Below, one piece after another: positions 25,927-32,000 of a stretch of DNA of 32,000 bases. Both the position numbers and the translations under genes were made by a program. The notes under the pieces are model-generated. The model was not told the origin of the DNA. It saw only the letters and a list, made by a program, of their open reading frames with translations, and ran no database searches. The number at the start of each line of letters is the position of its first letter. The first letter of the stretch is position 1. Source of the stretch: an uncultured Erysipelotrichaceae bacterium (GTDB taxonomy: Bacteria; Bacillota_I; Bacilli_A; Erysipelotrichales; Erysipelotrichaceae); contig CAYNZZ010000004.1 of assembly GCA_964401865.1 (NCBI GenBank), forward strand, positions 62,980 to 94,979. Direction: 5' to 3'.

Positions 25927-27204
25927 ATGAAACAAGCTTATATTAATGGAATAATACTAGATGGTACAAAAGATATGAAACCTGTATCAGGTAAAATGAT
26001 TTTGTGTAATGATGGAATAATCGAAAGCATCGAAAATCAAAGAGATATTTCTGATTATGAAATAATAGATTTGAAGAATAGATATATCATGCCTGGGCTT
26101 ATCAATTTACATGTTCATTTACCAGCGACTGGTAAACCACAAAAGAAACCAACCGATCCTAAGAAACTTATCAAGTTAGTTGGCTTAAATAGCTTGACCA
26201 AAAAGATTGGCGAAAAAATCTGCGAAAAAAGTGCTAAGACTCAATTATTGAGTGGCACCACAACCATTAGAACAGTGGGTGGAGCTTTTGATTACGATAC
26301 GATTATTAGAGATAAGATTGCGAATAAGGAAATAATTGGACCTAGAATTTTAGCTAGTAATATGGCTATCTCGGTTCCTGAAGGTCATATGGCAGGTTCA
26401 CTTGCCTATATTGCACATGATGAAAATGAGACTAGTAATTATGTAGAGATGATAGCTAAAGATAAACCTGATTTAATTAAACTTATGATAACTGGTGGCG
26501 TCTTGGATGCTAAAGTAAAGGGAGAACCAGGCGAGCTTAAAATGAGTGCAGAACTTGTTAAAGCAGCATGTGATAAAGCTCATGAATTAGGATTGGTTGT
26601 GGCGAGCCATGTCGAAAGTCCGGAAGGGGTAAAGGTAGCTTTGAAAAATGGTGTTGATACGATTGAGCACGGTGCCAAACCTGATGAAGAGATGATTAGT
26701 TTATTTAAAGAAAGAAACGCATCGTTAGTTACCACTTTATCCCCAGCCTTGCCATTTGCACTATTTGATCAAAGTGTTTCCAATGCTTCAGACATCGAAA
26801 AATACAATGGCAATATTGTTTTTGAAGGAATTATCGATTGTGCAAAAACCTGTTTAAAAGAAGATATAAAAGTTGGTTTGGGAACTGATACTGGTTGCCC
26901 GTATGTAACTCATTATAATATGTGGCGCGAATTAAATTATTTTCACAACTATTGCGATGTATCTAATAGTTTTGCTCTATATACCGCAACCTTAGTTAAC
27001 GCAGAAATTGCTAAGATTAGCCATATGGTAGGTTCGATTGAAAATGGTAAATGCGCCGATTTTATTGTCACTAAAGAAAATCCATTAGATAATCTTTGTG
27101 CTTTAAGGAATATTGACATGGTTGTTAAGGATGGAAAAATAATAAATAATCCAACCGTTAAAAAAATGGATAATGTCGAAAGGGAATTAGATAAATTTAT
27201 CTAA
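25927..27204 (+). CDS. Metal-dependent amidohydrolase family protein
   Basis: HxH motif (INLHVHL), later metal ligands (ASHVES, IEHG) and GTDTG. 425 aa. Confidence 0.85.
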   Translation: MKQAYINGIILDGTKDMKPVSGKMILCNDGIIESIENQRDISDYEIIDLKNRYIMPGLINLHVHLPATGKPQKKPTDPKKLIKLVGLNSLTKKIGEKICEKSAKTQLLSGTTTIRTVGGAFDYDTIIRDKIANKEIIGPRILASNMAISVPEGHMAGSLAYIAHDENETSNYVEMIAKDKPDLIKLMITGGVLDAKVKGEPGELKMSAELVKAACDKAHELGLVVASHVESPEGVKVALKNGVDTIEHGAKPDEEMISLFKERNASLVTTLSPALPFALFDQSVSNASDIEKYNGNIVFEGIIDCAKTCLKEDIKVGLGTDTGCPYVTHYNMWRELNYFHNYCDVSNSFALYTATLVNAEIAKISHMVGSIENGKCADFIVTKENPLDNLCALRNIDMVVKDGKIINNPTVKKMDNVERELDKFI

Positions 27205-27245
27205 TTCTTTTATTTATGTATGATAATATATAGATAAATATCAAT

Positions 27246-27539
27246 ATGAATAGTATAGATAAAGAAAATTTTGAAATTAACTCAATGATTATGAAGGCTT
27301 TTTCAGATCCTTGGCGCTTAAAGATTCTCAAAATATTGAAAGACGAACCTAAAAATGCCTCAGAATTATTGAGCTATTTAAACATCACTCAACCAACTCT
27401 ATCTCATCACATGAGAATTTTATTAAATTCCGGAATTGTGAAAGCAAATAAAAGGGGCAAATGGTCATATTACAGTCTAAATTGTGAGATGTTAAAGGAA
27501 GTTTCTAAGTATATTAGCGATATATCTAAAGATTATTAG
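27246..27539 (+). CDS. ArsR/SmtB-family transcriptional regulator
   Basis: FSDPWRLKILKIL...ASELLSYLNITQPTLSHHMRILLNSGIV...GKWSYYSLN. The SD is weak, so the exact start is uncertain. Confidence 0.82.
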   Translation: MNSIDKENFEINSMIMKAFSDPWRLKILKILKDEPKNASELLSYLNITQPTLSHHMRILLNSGIVKANKRGKWSYYSLNCEMLKEVSKYISDISKDY

Positions 27540-27588
27540 ACAAAAGATGATTATGCAGATATAATGCTTTAAAGGATAAGGGGAAAAT

Positions 27589-28164
27589 ATGGAAGCTTTA
27601 AAAGAAAAAATAAAAAAAGAAGGGTCTGTCGCTATTGGCAATGTTTTAAAAGTTGATAGCTTTTTAAATCATCAGGTCGATATTAAATTCTTAAATGAGA
27701 TAGGTAAAGAATTTAGACGCCTATTTCCAAGTAAAAAAATAAATAAGATATTAACTATTGAGTCATCGGGCATAGGTATTGCCTGTATTGCTGCTCAATA
27801 TTTTGACTGTCCGGTTGTGTTCGCCAAGAAATCGCAAAGTATAAATATTGATGGAGAATGTTATCGCACTAATATCGAATCTTTTACGCACAAATGTATT
27901 TATCATGTGATGGTATCAAAAAAGTATTTATCTAGTGGGGATAATGTTTTGATTATCGATGATTTCTTAGCTAATGGCAATGCAATGATCGGACTTATTG
28001 ATATTGTTAATAAGAGTGGCGCCACATTGGAAGGTGCTGGTATTGTAATTGAAAAAGCCAACCAAGTAGGTGGCATGATTATTAGAAATAAGGGTGTGAA
28101 TTTACATTCGCTAGCCATCATTGAATCGATGAAAGATGGCGAAATCAAGTTTAAAGACGAATAG
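27589..28164 (+). CDS. xpt: Xanthine phosphoribosyltransferase
   Basis: LKVDSFLNHQVD N-terminal motif and PRPP-binding loop VLIIDDFLANGNA. 191 aa. Confidence 0.93.
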   Translation: MEALKEKIKKEGSVAIGNVLKVDSFLNHQVDIKFLNEIGKEFRRLFPSKKINKILTIESSGIGIACIAAQYFDCPVVFAKKSQSINIDGECYRTNIESFTHKCIYHVMVSKKYLSSGDNVLIIDDFLANGNAMIGLIDIVNKSGATLEGAGIVIEKANQVGGMIIRNKGVNLHSLAIIESMKDGEIKFKDE

Positions 28165-29251
28165 GACCTTGTAATTCTTTTTTGAGTAAAAGCTGTCTTT
28201 TTTCTTCGCTGAATAAAGAAGAGTATAATAAACTACTTTTCCATTCTAGAATACGATGTTCTAATGGGATAGTCTTAAAATTAGAAATAATTGGAGAATC
28301 ATCATGATTTAGTTCGTGAAGAATTTTTCGACCGATATCATCAAAACCTAACACTCTAGCGTAAAGAGTGTTTTTTACATCTTCGATTTCTTTCTTAGTT
28401 GTGTGAGTCATGATACTAATCAATGTTCTTTGTATGCGAGCTTTTGTATATCTTTTAGAAGTTAGAGAATTGATGAAATCATCATAGTTATTATATTTGA
28501 AAGCACTATCCTTGAAACTTTTTTCAATACCTTCATTTACTAAGTGGTAGTTTCTTAATTCTTCAATGTCGCTTAAAAGTAAGACATTTCTAAGGTATGG
28601 ATATAGCTCATCATTAAAATGTGGATCATCAACAATTAAAGGAGTGGCAACTTTATAATTTTCATCGTTATTTTTCAATGCTTTTCTGATAGCGGTGGCA
28701 GATGAAATACTGTTTATATCTATGCTATGATATTCATTGGTTCTCTGTATACTTATAGGTTTTATATCGCTATTAGATATAGCTTTTAAGTATGATATAG
28801 CTAAGATGTCATTAGGATATAAAGAACCATTTAATAGACCGTAAGCTTTTGGATAGCTAACACCGGTTTTCATAATTTCTTTTAAATAATCGACATTGAT
28901 CGATGAATTGGCAATGGTATTTAGTTCTTCGATATTGTTGGTTTCTGAACCGAATACTAAATAGTTAATGCCTAGCAGTTTTAATATTTCAACACTTTTT
29001 TGCCCAAAAATCGATGCATTTTGTATCGTGAAAGCAAAAGGGAGTTCAATGACTAAATTGACACCATTTTTAAGGGCTGCTTCAGTTTTGGCAAATTTAT
29101 CAATAACCGATATTTCGCCACGCTGACAGAAATTTCCTGACATTATAGCTATTAAGCCATCTGGGTTTGTCAGTCTTTTGGCCTCTTTAATATGATAGAT
29201 ATGTCCGTTGTGAAAAGGGTTATATTCAGTTATGATACCGCATAAATTCAT
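28151..29251 (-). CDS. tmcAL: tRNA(Met) cytidine acetate ligase (YlbM/UPF0348 nucleotidyltransferase)
   Basis: GIITEYNPFHNGHIYHI (HxGH nucleotidyltransferase motif). 366 aa. It is the conserved neighbour of ylbN-rpmF. Its 3' end overlaps xpt convergently by 14 nt. Confidence 0.88.
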   Translation of the reverse strand: MNLCGIITEYNPFHNGHIYHIKEAKRLTNPDGLIAIMSGNFCQRGEISVIDKFAKTEAALKNGVNLVIELPFAFTIQNASIFGQKSVEILKLLGINYLVFGSETNNIEELNTIANSSINVDYLKEIMKTGVSYPKAYGLLNGSLYPNDILAISYLKAISNSDIKPISIQRTNEYHSIDINSISSATAIRKALKNNDENYKVATPLIVDDPHFNDELYPYLRNVLLLSDIEELRNYHLVNEGIEKSFKDSAFKYNNYDDFINSLTSKRYTKARIQRTLISIMTHTTKKEIEDVKNTLYARVLGFDDIGRKILHELNHDDSPIISNFKTIPLEHRILEWKSSLLYSSLFSEEKRQLLLKKELQGPIRL

Positions 29252-29257
29252 AGCTCA

Positions 29258-29293
29258 ATTATAATTGACATTGCAAGGGCTGTAAACTATAAT
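29258..29293. promoter_or_regulatory. Overlapping divergent sigma-A promoters
   Basis: + strand: TTGACA (29265-29270)-N17-TATAAT (29288-29293), a perfect consensus. - strand: TTTACA (complement of 29281-29286)-N17-TATAAT (complement of 29258-29263), ending 6 nt before the tmcAL ATG. Confidence 0.7.
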
Positions 29294-29313
29294 TATTAGG
29301 CGTTGGTGCGAAA

Positions 29314-29808
29314 ATGAAGATTAAAAAGAGTGAATTAGTTAAAATCGAAAATAGCAAATCATTTGATTATATGTTAGATCAAAGAACTTTTGATAATTAT
29401 CCTTATTTGCGTTCATTACGCGATGTTAAGGGAGAAATTGTTATAAAAAGAGATTTAGCTACTAATCTTTTAGCTCATGTATCACTGAAGGGGAACATGA
29501 TTTGTCCTTGTGCGATTACGCTCGAAGATGTCGTTGTGCCATTTGATTTGGATGAAGAGGTAACATTGTCTTTTGAGGATTTAGATGATAGTTATTTCAT
29601 TGCTAATGATTTAGATTTAGATGATTTAGTAATATCACTTATTCTACCAGAAGTACCAATAAAGGTTGTAAAAAACGCGAAAATAGAGTATCCTAGTGGA
29701 GATGGCTGGTGTGTCATGACAGAAGAAGATTTACAAGATAAAAAAGCTGATGTCATCGATCCGCGTTTAGCGATTTTAAAAGAATATCAATTTGATGAGG
29801 AGGAGTAA
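29314..29808 (+). CDS. YceD/DUF177 family protein (YlbN-like, ribosomal large-subunit accumulation)
   Basis: 164-aa acidic protein immediately upstream of rpmF, which is the conserved yceD-rpmF pairing. Carries the CPC motif. Confidence 0.85.
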   Translation: MKIKKSELVKIENSKSFDYMLDQRTFDNYPYLRSLRDVKGEIVIKRDLATNLLAHVSLKGNMICPCAITLEDVVVPFDLDEEVTLSFEDLDDSYFIANDLDLDDLVISLILPEVPIKVVKNAKIEYPSGDGWCVMTEEDLQDKKADVIDPRLAILKEYQFDEEE

Positions 29809-29810
29809 AG

Positions 29811-29957
29811 ATGGCAGTTCAACAGAGAAGAAATTCAAAAACAAGAAAAGCAAAAAGAAGAACACATTTTAAATTAACAGCACCTACATTGGTGAAATGT
29901 CCTGCTTGCGGTGAATTTAAATTACCTCACCACGCTTGTTCTTGCGGACATAAATAA
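29811..29957 (+). CDS. rpmF: 50S ribosomal protein L32
   Basis: Not in the ORF track because it is under 60 aa. My translation is [59 protein letters not shown] upstream. Confidence 0.93.
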   Translation: MAVQQRRNSKTRKAKRRTHFKLTAPTLVKCPACGEFKLPHHACSCGHK

Positions 29958-29972
29958 TCTATTTGCTTAAAT

Positions 29973-29996
29973 GCCGCTTATGCGGCTTTTATTTTG
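29973..29996 (+). terminator. Rho-independent terminator GCCGC-TTAT-GCGGC + TTTTATTTT
   Basis: Read directly after rpmF. Confidence 0.8.
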
Positions 29997-30002
29997 TCTT
30001 AG

Positions 30003-30030
30003 AAAGTGATTTTTAATCACTTTTTTGTTT
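30003..30030 (+). terminator. Second AT-rich hairpin AAAGTGAT-TTTTA-ATCACTTT + T6
   Basis: Read directly. Its left arm also carries an AAAGTG box. Confidence 0.45.
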
Positions 30031-30044
30031 ACTTTAAGACCCTT

Positions 30045-30091
30045 ATAGTGCATAATAGTGGTATAAAGTGGTTAAAAGTGGAGGATAGTGG
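30045..30091 (+). promoter_or_regulatory. Five direct A[A/T]AGTG(G) repeats at exact 10-bp spacing: putative MraZ operator
   Basis: AGTG ends at 30050, 30060, 30070, 30080 and 30090. The boxes read ATAGTGC, ATAGTGG, AAAGTGG, AAAGTGG and ATAGTGG. They lie directly upstream of mraZ. Confidence 0.7.
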
Positions 30092-30094
30092 TAG

Positions 30095-30529
30095 ATGTTT
30101 ATAGGTGAGTATTCACATAGCCTTGATTCAAAGGGAAGAATAATCATACCTAGTAAGTTTCGTGAAGACTTACAAGACACTTTTATCTTGACTCGTGGTT
30201 TAGATGGTTGCTTAACGATTTATTCAAGTGATCAATGGGAAAAGATAAATGAAAGATTGGCCAAACTTCCAAACACTAAGAGTGCAGTTAGACAATACAG
30301 CCGTATGTTATTGTCTGGCGCAACTGAATGTACACTTGATAATCAAGGACGCATTCAGATTCCTTCATTTCTATCAAAACCAGTAAATATCATTAAAGAA
30401 TGTGTAGTTATTGGGGTTAATGACCATATAGAAATTTGGGATAAAGCCACTTGGGAAAGCTACTATATGCAGGCTAGTGAGAGCTTTGAAGAAGTAGCTG
30501 AAGGATTAAGCGAGTTGTTAGATGAATGA
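30095..30529 (+). CDS. mraZ: Transcriptional regulator MraZ
   Basis: MFIGEYSHSLDSKGRIIIPSKFR and the second DxxGR repeat (LDNQGRIQIP). 144 aa. Confidence 0.96.
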   Translation: MFIGEYSHSLDSKGRIIIPSKFREDLQDTFILTRGLDGCLTIYSSDQWEKINERLAKLPNTKSAVRQYSRMLLSGATECTLDNQGRIQIPSFLSKPVNIIKECVVIGVNDHIEIWDKATWESYYMQASESFEEVAEGLSELLDE

Positions 30530-31428
30530 AACATTATAGTGTAATGCTTAATGAGTGCATGGAGCTGTTGAATGTTAAAGAAGACGGTGTTTATGTTGAT
30601 GGAACTTTAGGGCGAGGTGGACATAGCGAAGCCATTCTAAAACGCTTAAAAAACGGCAAGTTATATGTATTTGATTTAGATGAAAACGCAATTGAAGAAT
30701 CTAGAGTAAAATTAGCTAATTATTCTAATGTCATATACATTCACGATAATTTTGCCAATATGGAAAATTACATTGAAGAAAAAGTTGATGGTATTTTATT
30801 GGATTTAGGCGTTTCATCACCGCAGTTTGATGAAGGCGACAGGGGCTTCTCTTATCGCTTCGACGGTCCACTTGATATGCGCATGGATCAAAATCAGAAT
30901 CTAAGAGCTTCGGATATCGTTAATACTTATGAAGAAAAAGAAATCAGGGATATTCTTTACAAATACGGCGAAGAAAAGAATGCACCGATAATTGCAAGAG
31001 CGATTGTTAGAAATAGACCGATTAACACAACACTGGAACTAGTAGAAGTAATAAAAAAAGCGCTTCCACAGAAAGTTTTAAATAAAAAAGGCCATCCAGC
31101 AAAACAGACGTTTCAAGCACTTAGAATTAAAACTAACGATGAATTGGGCTCACTCGAATACTTCTTAAATAACTTTGATCATCTTCTGAATGAAGAGGGA
31201 AGAGTTGTAATAATAACTTTTCATTCTTTGGAAGACCGATTGGTTAAAAGAGCGTTCAAAGAAAGAACAATAATCAAAGTGGATAAGAAAATATTTATTC
31301 GACCAGAAGATGTAGAAAAACCTGCTTATGAATTATTAAATCATAAGGTTATAGAAGCAAATGAAGATGAGCTATTTCAAAATCATCGCTCAAAATCAGC
31401 TAAATTAAGAGGAATTAAAAAGATTTAA
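30526..31428 (+). CDS. rsmH: 16S rRNA (cytosine1402-N4)-methyltransferase
   Basis: HYSVMLNE...DGTLGRGGHS and the DLGVSSPQ motif. Follows mraZ with a 4-nt overlap. Confidence 0.96.
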   Translation: MKHYSVMLNECMELLNVKEDGVYVDGTLGRGGHSEAILKRLKNGKLYVFDLDENAIEESRVKLANYSNVIYIHDNFANMENYIEEKVDGILLDLGVSSPQFDEGDRGFSYRFDGPLDMRMDQNQNLRASDIVNTYEEKEIRDILYKYGEEKNAPIIARAIVRNRPINTTLELVEVIKKALPQKVLNKKGHPAKQTFQALRIKTNDELGSLEYFLNNFDHLLNEEGRVVIITFHSLEDRLVKRAFKERTIIKVDKKIFIRPEDVEKPAYELLNHKVIEANEDELFQNHRSKSAKLRGIKKI

Positions 31429-31445
31429 AGGGGAGAGAAAGAATT

Positions 31446-31748
31446 ATGGCCAAGATTATTAGACGTACAAAAAGAAAATTAAGACTAGAAGCAATTGCAG
31501 CGTTTATTTTTGTCTTTGCGTTTATTACAAGTATTATATCTAATCTATATGTTGGTTCTTTAAAGGCTTCTTTAATGATTGATATTCAGAATATGAATTT
31601 AAAAGCTGAAAATTTAAAGGTTGAAAATCAAAAGATAAATATTGAAATTCAGACTTTGCAGAATAAAGATCGTGTATATACAATTGCACAAGATGCAGGC
31701 TTACAACAAAATCAAGATAATGTTGTAAGCATTAATAACGGAGAATAA
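31446..31748 (+). CDS. ftsL: Cell division protein FtsL-like
   Basis: 100 aa with a basic N-terminus, one TM helix and a coiled-coil region. Sits in the canonical position between rsmH and the PBP gene. Confidence 0.8.
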   Translation: MAKIIRRTKRKLRLEAIAAFIFVFAFITSIISNLYVGSLKASLMIDIQNMNLKAENLKVENQKINIEIQTLQNKDRVYTIAQDAGLQQNQDNVVSINNGE

Positions 31749-31750
31749 AT

Positions 31751-32000
31751 ATGAAGCGAAGCAATAGAATGCTTCAGCTAATACTCACAATTGCATTGAT
31801 TGTTGTGTTACTCATGATAATCAATGTTTTTGTTGTGGTGGTAGGAAAAGTGCACATTCGTTCGATGACACATCTTGATCCTTATGTTGATTCAGTTGCT
31901 TATGTATCGGAAACCATATATGCCAATAGGGGATATATTTTTGATGCTAATGGTCAAGTGGTTGCACAGGATCAAAGAACATATGATATTATCTGTTATT
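31751..32000 (+). CDS. Penicillin-binding protein (FtsI/PBP2B-like), 3' end outside window
   Basis: ATG at 31751 after GGAG. My translation is MKRSNRMLQLILTIALIVVLLMI... (TM anchor) then ...RGYIFDANGQVVAQ, typical of the class B PBP dimerisation region. dcw-cluster position. Confidence 0.8.
   Translation, partial: MKRSNRMLQLILTIALIVVLLMIINVFVVVVGKVHIRSMTHLDPYVDSVAYVSETIYANRGYIFDANGQVVAQDQRTYDIICY

Noticed and set aside
27540-27588. Looked for a purine (guanine/xanthine) riboswitch upstream of xpt, as in Bacillus.
   Set aside because: Only 49 nt separate the ArsR gene stop from the xpt start, which is too short for the ~70-nt aptamer plus expression platform. No conserved purine-riboswitch core was seen.
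28151-28164. 14-nt convergent overlap of the xpt and tmcAL 3' ends as a possible regulatory antisense arrangement.
   Set aside because: Short convergent overlaps are common in compact genomes. No hairpin or conserved element is visible, and there is nothing to suggest function beyond tight packing.

Overview
32-kb window from a low-G+C Bacillota-type chromosome. The taxon cannot be fixed from sequence alone; gene order looks Erysipelotrichia/Clostridia-like, which is inference. Nearly everything is on the + strand. From left to right the window holds: (1) the 3' part of an FAD-dependent oxidoreductase; (2) a complete Bce-type antimicrobial-peptide resistance module (OmpR-type regulator, intramembrane-sensing kinase, ABC ATPase, FtsX permease) with a TTACA-N4-TGTAA regulator box; (3) an Asp23/DAK2 (yloU/yloV-like) pair; (4) a YtrA-type GntR repressor, an ABC ATPase and a large polytopic membrane protein, with a readable operator; (5) ligA-gatCAB; (6) a membrane-anchored hypothetical protein; (7) rlmD (rumA). 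Directly after rlmD lies a ~6.5-kb block of visibly higher G+C (about 17.4-23.9 kb). It contains an array of in-phase TAGATGT repeats and an orphan two-gene operon: an HNH-type nuclease with an unassignable C-terminal domain, plus a membrane-anchored helical protein. That operon is my top candidate for an undescribed defence or abortive-infection-like system. A bidirectional terminator follows, then three translationally coupled serine-recombinase ORFs on the - strand: one intact (522 aa), one 139-aa recombinase-domain-only ORF, and one decayed and 5'-truncated. The decayed copy abuts the last ~110 codons of a DUF1998 (MrfA/DrmB-type) helicase gene, followed by a frameshifted GNAT remnant. Downstream come low-G+C accessory genes (GNAT, orphan SWIM zinc-finger protein, amidohydrolase, ArsR), xpt, tmcAL (- strand), yceD-rpmF and the start of the dcw cluster (mraZ preceded by five 10-bp-phased boxes, rsmH, ftsL, 5' end of a PBP). 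I saw no rRNA, tRNA or CRISPR array.
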